DNA of 64,000 nt from Ramazzottius varieornatus (lineage: Eukaryota > Animalia > Tardigrada): contig BDGG01000003.1 of assembly GCA_001949185.1 (NCBI GenBank), positions 3,021,158 through 3,085,157 on the forward strand, given 5' to 3'. Positions 11,841 to 23,498 of the stretch are shown piece after piece. The position numbers and the translations under genes were made by a program. The notes beneath the pieces are model-generated. The model was not told the origin of the DNA and ran no database searches. It saw only the letters and a program-made list of their open reading frames with translations. Within the stretch, counting starts at the first letter, position 1. Each line of letters begins with the position of its first letter.

Positions 11841-12545
11841 TATAGAAGGCTCGGCGAAGCTAAAATAAGCCGCTTTAGCCGTTCTTAGCCGTGGCTAAAA
11901 ATATTTGAGCCGCGGCTAGAATGTATTGTGCGTTCGAATGATTTATTGATGCCAAAACTATTTTAGCCAACTCAACATCAATAATCAATCGAACGCANNN
12001 NNNNNNNNNNNNNNNNNNNNNNNNNNNNNNNNNNNNNNNNNNNNNNNNNNNNNNNNNNNNNNNNNNNNNNNNNNNNNNNNNNNNNNNNNNNNNNNNNNNN
12101 NNNNNNNNNNNNNNNNNNNNNNNNNNNNNNNNNNNNNNNNNNNNNNNNNNNNNNNNNNNNNNNNNNNNNNNNNNNNNNNNNNNNNNNNNNNNNNNNNNNN
12201 NNNNNNNNNNNNNNNNNNNNNNNNNNNNNNNNNNNNNNNNNNNNNNNNNNNNNNNNNNNNNNNNNNNNNNNNNNNNNNNNNNNNNNNNNNNNNNNNNNNN
12301 NNNNNNNNNNNNNNNNNNNNNNNNNNNNNNNNNNNNNNNNNNNNNNNNNNNNNNNNNNNNNNNNNNNNNNNNNNNNNNNNNNNNNNNNNNNNNNNNNNNN
12401 NNNNNNNNNNNNNNNNNNNNNNNNNTCAATAAATCAATCGAACGCATAATACATTTTAGCCGTGGCTAGAAGTATTTTAGCCGTGGCTAAAATATTTTTA
12501 GCTACGGCTAAAGCGGCTTATTTTAGCTTCGCCGAGCCTTCTATA
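11841..12545. mobile_element. Palindromic MITE with an 8-bp TSD (P- or hAT-like), spanning the N gap
   Basis: TIR TATAGAAGGCTCGGCGAAGCTAAAATAAGCCGCTTTAGCCGT, TSD ATTCGGGA (11833-11840 and 12546-12553), internal TAGCCGTGGCTA palindromic repeats. Confidence 0.85.
11998..12425. other. Assembly gap (N run)
   Basis: Run of 428 N. Confidence 1.
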
Positions 12546-12876
12546 ATTCGGGAGTTGATGGGGTGTCAGTTATAATTGTAAATTGTAATCAAGATAATGT
12601 GCAGAGCCATGAAGATACATTGTTAACTCGGCGGACACCAGCATGTCTACTCCCGGTCGAGAAATCACGTAGGTCTTACCGACTTTCGTCTGATGAAGAA
12701 CAACGGTTACCATGAACCCGATGCTGTCTGCCGTCACGAGAGTGCTATTCGACTGCTGGCACACTGTTTTTCGTAGGTTTCACTTGTGAAACTGTTTTCC
12801 CGATCGAGTTCTATTATACAGATCACGAAATGGAAAGACAGTAAAATCTTTAGACAGACATAAATTTCAGAGTGTC

Positions 12877-15800
12877 TCAGAATCTTTTATCGCTCGCTAG
12901 AAGAGGTTTGTTTTTCAGAAACCTTCTCATGGCTCTGCGCACTGTCACCCGAGCACGGTGAGAAGTATGAAGAGCCGTATGAGGATTCAGTACATGTGCA
13001 TGCCAAGCTTCGGCTACCGAAAAGGTTTCTTTATGCTTGTCGTCTATCTCAATCCAAATATTCCCGGCATCCCCTGCTATGTCACTTTTTATGGAACAGT
13101 CCGACGAAACCGGCGAAACATCTTCCAGGATTATCGGCGAAGGCGGCGTGCGCAAGACAGCACGTTCAGGTTCTTCCGTAACGACCGGATAGTTCCTAAG
13201 TATATCGGGAACTTTCGGCTGCTTTCGTCTAGAAAATATCTTCGGCGACCCAAATATCTGCTTTACCATCCCGTGGCTCTTCGAATACTGGTCTACCCTA
13301 CGAACACGCTGTACCGCATCCACCACTGTCCGAGATGGTCGAAGTAAAACTTGCTGCGTTCTTGATGGTCGTTTCCTGAGGCTCGCTTGATTATCAAGGA
13401 CTTGAAGCTCGGTCAGAAGGTGCATATTTTTAGCGACTATCGGCACACAGGGCTTGACTTGTCGAGCCCGCTCTTCCACAAGTACTCGATACAAAGCTTC
13501 ATCTGGGCTCTTAGTTGGCACGTGTGGGTCCTCGTGCGAGTCGTCGAACAGCATGTTGACCAGAAATTCTTTCCGAGGAGGCTCTAACAGGAAATCGACT
13601 AACGTAGGCCGCGCCTCAGCACCCACACGTTGTAGAGCGTCGATGACTCTTTGCTCTTCGACTTCTAGTTTTAGTAATTCTTGGTTACACGTTTCATTTT
13701 GAGCGGACGAGCTAGAGCTTTGGTTTTGACTGCGCCGTGTCTCCTTCCGCACCAGTGTGATCAACTTCCGTAAATTTTTTCCTGATGAAATCAATCAGGT
13801 TAATGAGACATTTGGGCAAAAGACCTTAGCGGAAAGCTCTTACCATAGAGGTTGCCTTCTTTTTGCAAAAGAATGAAATTTGCACGTTGCCATTTCGGTA
13901 ATCGGCGTATCCAGTCCGATTGAACCTTCTCGATATTGTAGTCAAGGATGCAGTTCGGCAAGACCTCTTCGATGTTGTGGTAGTGTCGCATGTCTTGTGC
14001 TTCGAGATTGGTGTACACTTCGGCATCCCCGTACGTGTAACCAATGGGCGAGACGTAACCGAGAAAGAGGAACTTGTCGTACCGGAAGTCGGGGCTGTTT
14101 TGGTTCCGAACATCTAAATGAGTCAGTTCCGACGCCCCAAGAACCTCCTCATTCCTAAAAAATACCGCCCAAATTTCATCTTACAGTATTCGTTCTCAGC
14201 ATGTGGGTTAGATGCAAAAAATCCCGGCCTTACTTCTTGGCTCTCGGGTTTACCTTGCAGTCTGCACTGCATGCATCCGTCCAAGAGCGAAACTTCAAGT
14301 TTCTAACGACGTTCAGCGTCATCAACGATCCGTAGTGTCGGATATCCGGTGGTACCGCCACACGTGGTTTCATGAAGGTTTCATCGTCACTGTCCGCTTC
14401 CTTCAGCCGTTCTTCGACTTCCTCGTCAGTCACATCGCCCTTGTCTTCGTGCCATTCGCCTTTCTCCCCACCTTTGAGGCTGTCAAGATGGAGTTTCTCG
14501 ATGCTCACATGGTAGGGTTCGTGTTGTCCCAGCGTGGCAATGTAAAGTCCCGAAAAGGTCCATAGGCGGACCGAACAGTCCCGAGAAGCGGTTATGAGTA
14601 TGCTCCGCTTTTGTACAACGCTGATGTGGTTGATGGCGGCAGTGTGAGCCCGAAAACTATTGAGAACCAAAGGCGCCTTGTAGAATGGCTGGTGGCGCTG
14701 GTCCAACAATGGCACGGACTGTCCCATTATCCGAGTGGCATGACGAGCCAACGCTGGTCCGAAGAACTTGTATCGACGCAGAGCCGGAAAATGTCGCGGG
14801 TCGAACTCGTGACGATGATCGGGAGGCTTCAGCTTGTTAGCCCATTCGCATATGAACCACACTTTTACATAGCCTAAAACACAGATAGATGTTGGAAATG
14901 GACCGTAAGTTTGATGGATGGCTCAAGTACCTAGGCTGTCGGCAGTGAAGAGAAGCTCGTTGTGGTCGTCGGCACAGCAATGCAAGACGTAACTTCCGAT
15001 CGAATGTCCAGCATGGAACAAGCTCTTCAAGCCGCCACCAGCAAGACACGTTGACCATCCTCGGGTGAATCCATCTGCCGAATTCGTCAACAAGGTCGCT
15101 ACACTCGCATCCTCCCTTTCTCGTCTATCCAACAGGACCATGCAAGTGACCGCATCCCGCGTTGGTGGCGACACCGGATGGATTGTAAAGCTGGGCTCTT
15201 TGTTGTCATCCCATACGGTAGTCATCTGCCGATGTCTTTTGGATGTTCTGTGCTGGACTCCGAAAAACGCTTCTAGGTTACCACTATCCTTTGGACTGAC
15301 GTGTGGTGCGTCGAAAGTACAGGGCGATATGTGGGCAGTTCGCTGGGCCGGAGAAAGAATTTCTGGAGAGAGGTCGGCGTTCAGAGAAGAGATGGGTCTT
15401 CCGGAGAACACGTCCCACTGAATGATCTCCCCATCGTAACTTGCGCTGAAGAGAACCGAGCCATCGTCGAGAAGCATCTCGTCAACTTCGGTAGTGGAGA
15501 GATGTTCGCTTGGTTCTACTGCCAAGTGTCCAGTAAGATCCTCACTGAAAAATATTATTATTCTGTATTAGATTACAGCATTGCGTGTGTTGTTCCCATC
15601 CATCTAGGTTTACCGGTGACTACCGTTGGACCGAGTTGAAGCAGCACTGGGCGATGGACGAACTGAAGAGTGTTGGCTCAGGTGTCCATGCGAGTGGCCC
15701 GAACGATTTGAACTGCAATTGCACTGGCGTCACACTATGATTCTTGATATTTTTTTTTTATCTTTATTCTTCTTTTTTCGTACCGATGACTGAAATTAGA

Positions 15801-18800
15801 CCGAGTGGATTTAGCACTCGGCGTATGGCGGATAGCTTTAGCGATCTTTTCCGACTCTGTGGGTTCGATTACTTCCACCGGATACCGAACTTGGAAGGCT
15901 GTTATGTCGGACCGGTGGAGTCTTTCCCATTCATAAACCGTCTCTTCGACCTCGTCTTCCCCACGGGTATCTCGAACCATGAAAATACTCGAATTAAAAC
16001 CGGCTGCCATCACCAGGTCGCGGTTTTTGTGGTACCCAATATCGTTCACGACAGTGTTTTCCAAGTGGGTGAACTTGGACAGGCAGGCTCCGTTATTAAA
16101 ATTCCAAATTTTTATAAGGTTATCCTAAGCAAGAAAACTCCCATCATGCAATACTCTTATTTTTTCGGGACTCCATTTACGCAACTCACCTCGCCCACGG
16201 TTAGCAGTCTTCGACGACTCGAGTCGAACGTCATCTTTCTAATTGGTAAAGCTATGTTCTTCCCGTGGTCCATCATTGTATGCGCGTTAAAGAACTGGAT
16301 GATCTTCTCCCCATCCACACAATTCCATACAATGATGGAAGAATCTTGACCACCGGAAACGATACAATCAAACAGATCATTATACAGTGCTGCCACCACT
16401 GCTTGCTTATGCGTGACCACATGGTTGGCGTGATGGTGTGAATGTTTCGGAGACCGGCGATGGACCATCAGGATCTCGGTCCCGCCGTAGAATATCTGCT
16501 CAGTTGCGCGATTGTGATGAAAGCACCCGACCCATCCGCGTTCGACACCGTTGATGGGATAGTTGAACTCTTGATGAAGAGACTGTTCTTTCAGGTCAAA
16601 TATGCGGATAGTTCGCAGTGCATCCACAGAGATGGCCACTTGGAACTCGTGGTCTTTGACGAGGTAGACCTTATCAACACTTCCACCATGGTTGTGAAAC
16701 TGCATAACTGGGCGATTCAGTCTATCGGGTTGCCATATTCTCAGCGTGCGGTCTTTTCCACCTGTTGCGATGAGATGCATCTCGTGGTGGTACTCGAAGC
16801 AGTCGAACCCCCCTTCGGGGTTGGAAATGTGCAAGCGCGGTCGGTCGGACTGGATAGGAATGAAGTTCAGAGAGTACGTTGGATCGGTCGTGCAAGTCAG
16901 AATCTGAAACGAACGTGAAATATAGGAATATACAGAAAGTCTTAAGTGTGTTGATCAGCTGGTGCTTGGGACTTACAATGTTCAAGTCTGGTATACATTT
17001 GATCTGGCTGATGAAACCGACTTTCTTCGTGGCTTCGATCTGGACAGACTTGTCCAACTTCTTCAGGGTCGCCCACGACACCTGGTTGTTCGCTGGTTGA
17101 CCAATACCGAGCCCCGTCCAGAACCCGTCATAGAACAGGTTTTTGAACCGAAGAGCCTGGACTTTACCCGAGTGGTCGCCGAAGGACAAGATGCTTATGT
17201 CCTCCCGGAAGACATAGCTGAAACAGCTGGCGGGACTCGCTAGTCCGTAAATCATGCAGAACTCTTCCAGTTTGGATTCGTCGACGTAGTAGAACCGAAT
17301 TACACTCGTAGAGAAGGCTGTTAACAAAAAAATCCAATAAAATGTAACGATGGGTTAGATCAGGGGCAGATACCGCTCGGCGACCTCCAAGCACCCACCT
17401 ACCACGACTGCTCGTATTTCCGGTATGGACACAAGATCGTTCACTCGCTCGAAGCAAGTTGCCTGTTTGTAGTTCGGGATGAGGTACAAGTCGCTCCCCG
17501 CTTGCTTGAACTCCGTGGTCCAGCACTTGACTATTCCTTCGACGGTTACGGAATAGTATCGGCCAGCATGGTGGTCCACAGATTTCGGAGAATGTGCCGC
17601 TGTTGCGGATACCCACACCATAGCTTGAATTTGACGGCTGCCTTGGTAGAGAAGGTTCGGCAGACCATCGCAAAATAGATCCCTACAACCAGAACAAGCT
17701 GAACTCTCCAATATCAGAACTGGAAATCGTCGCTGATTTCTCTGGGAACGGGAAGCATCTGTGTTACACGGAACGGATGGGAAGATCTGACAAGTACCTT
17801 GTCAGCTGGGTCATGATGTCACGCTCTTGAAATTCCCGCAACGTAAATTCCAGAAATTCGTTCCAGTCAACGTTTCCATCGCAGTTGGCATCCACCTGCA
17901 AATGAAAAATCGCGTTCACAATCTTAGATATTGCTGGACAAGACCCAGAAAGAAGGAGTACGCGCGTGCTGGAGCGGTCTTTTCGGCTGTCCGCAGGAAG
18001 TGGTGAGGTTAGGCTAATTGCAATCGTTACGCAATCGGTTCATGAACCAAAAAACCATAACAGATTGTAGAATCAAGTAATCAATGTTAACACCGCAGTC
18101 GAATGATCTGGCCCGATTTTTCTAAACCGATCACCCGAACGAGCCGAAGCAGCAGAACCGCTCTCTCCCAATTCCCACTGTTCTTAGTTCTTAGTAAACT
18201 TCTTACCTTCATAAACGTTAGTTCGATCTCCCGATCCGTCATTTCTTCCCCACCGATCCTCCTCATGGCGACTTTGAACTCATCGATATTCAGTCCCGGC
18301 TCATCATCCGTATCCGATTCCTCAAACACTAAGTACAGCTTCCGAAGGCGTTCTTTCGCAGCTGCAACAACCAAGTCATCGGAGACGACTTTCCCCGGCG
18401 TCCATGTCTGATCTGGACTGACAGAACGTCGCATTGAGTCCTCGACCTCTTCCACGGTTACCGAGATGGAAGACATCACCCGCTCTATCAGCGATAAGCG
18501 ACGTTCCACAGACTCGGCCATAGCATCTGGATGTCCCGGATCTTCCAGTAACAACTCCGTGGTCGATGGGCGCGGTTCCACTTCAAGAAAGGAGGATCGA
18601 CTCTCTTCGTCATCGCCTTCGTCCTGGGCAACGATAACTGTCTCCTTCAAAATAGCTTGCAAGCCTTTCAGTGACTTCCTGTTCTGCTGGTAAGTCTTCA
18701 AGTTATCCAGTTTCTGTTCGGTCTTCACGTGAAGGAAATCGGGCAGCGGCAAATCGTACTTTGCTCGGAGGTTGTAGAGAAATTCCCGCCGGTTATGGTT

Positions 18801-19348
18801 TCGGGTCAGATTGGCAACCACCTGTTGAAGTTGAACAGTCCTGTTTGAAAAAATAATAACATCTACTTTTATCTTCCACGATACTGACTTACTTTGTCCG
18901 GAGAATTATACAAGCACATCCTAGTGAAAAGAGCTTCCGGGTCGTCAGAAACGAACAACGTCTGAGCCAGCGAGAAATTCAAACTTCTCTCTCGACGCGT
19001 ATGCTCTTGGTGGTCCTTATAATGGTTCTCTGTTTCCGGGTTTCTCCACGCTCGCTCCACACCTGTCCAGTACTTCCGGTTCTGCACATCAAGTAAAATC
19101 AGCTTCTCCAATGTCTCAGCTTCATCTGGATACCCCTGGCTAGCTTTGGTCGTACCGGAAGTACCTGGTTGCTCTGCAGAGGACTGATTTGCCGTCCTGC
19201 TGTCCAGCATTTCGTCTAGTCGATGGCAAATTCGCTCGTACTTCTCCGGATGGTTGCGACGGTAGTCCTGGATTCTGTTAAGTATCTGAATCATTTCCAT
19301 TTTGATAGTTCTATCGGTTCTATAGTGCACTTCCGGTTGCGTCCGCAT
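12877..19348 (-). CDS. Large EF-hand + WD40-repeat protein (WDR49/WDR64/EFCAB8/WDY-like), many exons; 5' end uncertain
   Basis: EF-hand pair (VFEESDTDDEPGLNIDEF...FMKVDANCDGNVDWNEF) followed by WD repeats (IATGGKDRTLRIW, IVSGGQDSSIIVW, LFSASYDGEIIQWD, FRAHTAAINHI...ITASRDCSVRLWT) and a long C-terminal extension. Confidence 0.85.
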
Positions 19349-19989
19349 TACAGCCTTTTGGTATAAAATAGCCTCATCCTACAGAACTTCCTCCCTGTGT
19401 CGCAGGTAGGATTTGCGGCAACCAGCAAGCACGAAGCACAAGATTTCCTCCCTCTTCTGCTCAAAAGTATTCCCCCTTTTCATCAACCTTTCAGCCAGAG
19501 TACCCAGCAACAGAACAACGCACCAACGAGGTTGGGTTCTGCCTGGGACTCGCTGTCATTTCGCCGGACGATGAGCAGCGACTTTGCCAGAAAGTCGTAT
19601 GTCGGCTTCACAGATAAAGCGGACAGGAACCGCAGCAAGAGGTTGTCACCGCAAAGTTTCACCAACAATTGAGCTTGCCGAGTGTAGCTACTGTCGTACA
19701 TAATTGATATTGCCTACCGCAGGCATCTGACCGCGGGTTCTTTCCTATACAGGACATTTACGTACCGGCTCGGCGACCGGTTGCTAAACGTACGAAACAC
19801 GAAACACAAGCGCACCGTGAGGGGAATGTTATTCCCGCTAACCGCCGGAAGCAGTGCTTGTAGGCAGGTAGTGACATCACTTGCCAGACTTGGTTAGCTG
19901 GGAAAAATTATGGTTTTGCCGACTGGAAGGCGTAGTAGAAGCAGCCAGACTGTGGATTTGCAAACTTCGATGAAATTAGCTCCACTGCC

Positions 19990-21440
19990 ATGGCGGCCTC
20001 TACCTGTCCTGCTCCCAATCCTTTCTTCACCAGCCTGGAAGGCTTAAAGGCGCAACTCAGCCAGTGGAAGGGAATCAAGCCGCCCAAAGTTTACTCGGAT
20101 CCCGACTACCTGTAAGATCGCTCTGTGTGTCCGAGTATTTTCCACCGCAGTCCTCGCGAACCTTATCTGTAACGCAGTTCGTTATAGGACCAACTACCGC
20201 GGATGTATGGTCAACTATCCGCTCTCCCTTAACCTCAACGAACTTGACACATTTGAACCCCGGTCCACGGATATCTGCGTTGCGGCTTTCCCCAAAACAG
20301 GTAATCGCAGTGTAGGACACGGTACCGCACGCGCGCACCCTGTTAGAAAGCTCAGTCTTGAAGGCATGAAAGACTTCTGGTTTCCGGTCTACAGGCACGA
20401 CATGGATGTCCGCGTTAGTCTACATGCTGGTGAACGGCGCAGATCCCAAAAGCCTCCTCAGCGGTCCACCTCTGAAATTCAAGATGCCTTATCTCGAAAT
20501 GACGGTACCATGTGGGGAAAAGTTGGACAAGGAAATCAAGGCCTTGGACTACCTGAAAGCCAAACAGGGCGAGAGGACTTATCTAACACACTTAAACTCT
20601 AATGCGATTCCTCAGGATATTCTGAAGACGGCCAAGGTTAGTTTATGTAAAAAAGCGTGATGTTTTTCCGGACACGCCGCTCGTCTTTGCTATGGGGTAA
20701 GATGTTCCGATCTTATTTCACAGGTTGTTTACATCTACCGGAACCCCAAGGACACCATCGTCTCCATGTACCACTTCATGAAAGCGGCGATATGGCATGG
20801 ATTCAATGGGTCCCTGGAGCAGATGGTGGACGATTTCGTAACAGACAAATGCATGAACGCCCCGTTCTTCGAGCACGTGGAAGGCTACTGGAAGCTCCGA
20901 AACTCTCCGAACATTTTCGTGACGAGCTACGAAGAGCTCTCAAGGGTACTTCCTCGGTTTCTTGCTTTCTTTCCCGTTAGTTATCCTGATAAGCAGCTTA
21001 TGGTGATTGGTGTTAGGACCCAAAAGCTACGGTAGCAAAACTGGCAGAGTTCCTGAAGGTAGAAGTTACCGATGAGGAAGTAAATGCAGTCTGTCGGCAA
21101 GCCACTTTCAGTCAGATGCGGGATAATCCCTTGACCAACATGGCTGAGCTAGAGTCGCTAGGTTTGATCAACGCGCGGTTCTCCAGGTTCTTCCGAACTG
21201 GTGAGTGCGACGCCGATGTTTTCTATTGGGGTCCGTGGTGCAGCCCACACGATCTAGTGAATCGATGCCAACAGTTGTAAAGATGTTGTTATGCTTACAG
21301 GCGAGGTGGGCAACTGGAAGCGGTTCTTCACGCCAGAGATGGATCGGAAGGTCGACGAGTGGATTGCAAAGAACATGGCTGACCGACCTGGTCTTTATGA
21401 TATGAAATTCGAATACGAACTCGACTACGATTTAGATTAG
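19990..21440 (+). CDS. Cytosolic sulfotransferase (SULT1-like, Sulfotransfer_1), about 6 exons
   Basis: 5'-PSB loop AAFPKTGTTW (spliced), catalytic-His motif YLTHL, 3'-PB YIYRNPKDTIVS and C-terminal FFRTGEVGNWK. Confidence 0.93.
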
Positions 21441-21724
21441 AACTTCAGCTTGAAATAGTCTCCTAAATGCATTTACAATTTCAATCGAACTTTTCCGAAT
21501 GCCGCAGTGGCAGTGCAGTTTACGGTACGCATACTGTACAAGTCTTGTAGTTCGCCAAGGGTTTTCACTGCCGATCAAACCACTGCTCTGCGGTGGGTCT
21601 CCACTGCAAAGTACGAACAACGGCACTACATATAGTTTTAAAGATTTTAAATCATGCCATGGGCTTTGATAATGCATTGCGGCAAATTTTATTTCCTCAT
21701 TTGGGTGCCCACAAAGATGATCTA

Positions 21725-22472
21725 CAGGGTGATCCCTGTAGGTTAGAACCATTATGAAAATTCGTGGTAAAGTCTTTTGTAGCTACACATTTCCAAACTT
21801 CAACTCGTTCGACAGAGCATATCTTCATCTTGAATTTTTGTGAAGGTCTGCTCAACAAAACATTGATCGTTTGATTGTTGCGAGCCACTGTAAACATGAA
21901 TTTTACGGGTAAAAAGTGGGAATCTCAGTTAATTATTTTTACACTATGTATTTGACGGGCAAAACGATTACGTTTCCTCATGAAATTGTTTGATGAAGGA
22001 AGTACGTTTGGACTGAATATTGGAAAACAAACCGACCGCTGGAACGCGCTGCGAACGGAGAAACTGAAAATAGTCCAAAAATACGCGGAAAAGTTTGCTT
22101 ACTTCCCTGAGTTACAGCAATATTGTCGCTCTCAGATCCAACCATGTGCACGAACTCGTGAACGATATTTTTCTACTATATCTAAAAGGGTTTTCCAACA
22201 GAATAGCATCAGCGAAATTATTCTGAAACGTTTCGCACGCAAACAAACCAGCCTAAAGTGTATTGTATGTTGGTTTTGCGAAAACTTTTTGATTTCCACC
22301 TAGTTCACTTCTTCAGTACTGTGCTCCTTCTGGACCACGACACCCCGACAAGATTTTTACACAATGTTTTTGATAGTTACACGTATCTGGGAACGAATTT
22401 TCGAAGAAGTGAAAGCTCTGCTCAGTTTTCTATTCACGTCCATAATCGTTCTAACTTATAGGGATCACCCTG
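21725..22472. mobile_element. Tc1/mariner-like MITE (748 bp)
   Basis: TIR CAGGGTGATCCCT(G/A)TA(G/A)GTTAGAAC(C/G)ATTATG flanked by TA on both sides; AT-rich non-coding interior. Confidence 0.85.
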
Positions 22473-22752
22473 TATCTATATCTAACAGACAATGAGAACA
22501 CTCAAAATTATCCTCCTGTCTTCTTCCTTCATCTCGATCTTCGGATCATCGGATGCGGGTCAACAATCACGTACCCACGCGATCTTCAACCCGCACTTGA
22601 AATTCGGAAGGCAGAGGGCGAGTCGACTTGAAAGAGGCGGGGTCGGTACTGTGATTCAGCTGTGTCCGGCGGAGTCACACACTACAATTTGCTTATCCAC
22701 CAAGAGCCGATTTTCCACTCGTTGACAGCCGTGCGCCAACAGAGTGTTAGTA

Positions 22753-22954
22753 CAGTGTAGGCAAATAAGGTACTCTAAAAGGGGGCAAGGCCAAAATCGA
22801 CGTGACGCAGAAGCAAACAGCTGATCAAGCTGCAATCCAGAGACGTCAACTGCCGCTTGATCTGCTGATTACTTTGAGCCGGAGTTTCTACGTCACTTGT
22901 CGAAAACTCGATTTTGGCCCTCCCCCTTTTAGAGTACCTTATTTGCCTACACTG
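22753..22954. mobile_element. Tc1/mariner-like MITE (202 bp)
   Basis: TIR CAGTGTAGGCAAATAAGGTACTCTAAAAGGGGG...GGCCAAAATCGA with a TA TSD. Confidence 0.88.
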
Positions 22955-23498
22955 TAGCAATATTTTGCAAGGTATGCGCAGCATAAATTCGGTCAGCGAC
23001 GTACATACGGTCGTACGTGGACAGCCTACATTTATACAGTTGTGACTGAGCGAGAGAACGTTTGCTTTCAATTCAGCTGGTTCATACCTATCCTGTCAAC
23101 ACTGATGGTGGGAAAGACCAAACTGAACAGAAAAGCGGACCATGTGTGGGTCATATTTATGGTATCTAAACTGTAGCGTAGCGCACATGTGTGGCCTGAG
23201 GGTTTGAACATGTGATCTGTTGCTGAACCAATTGACAGGAAAACGTCTTCTTTTGATGCTTCTTCGCTTCGCTTCCGTTGTAGAGTATAACTGTGCTGTA
23301 GGTACTGCTCATCGTTCTGCTCGTGGATGACGCCATCATCGAACGGTCAGGAAGGGAATGCTCAGAAGGATAACTCATCTCAACGTGGATATTGGACTAA
23401 ACTGACAGGAGTTAATTTGTGTGTGCATGATCATCCTTTCATCTGCCTTTTGTAAATGTGACGCTCTGGCTTATCACCACAAGAGTTGACAGGACATC

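Noticed and set aside
11875-12447. 190-aa ORF
   Set aside because: Artefact of translating through the N gap.
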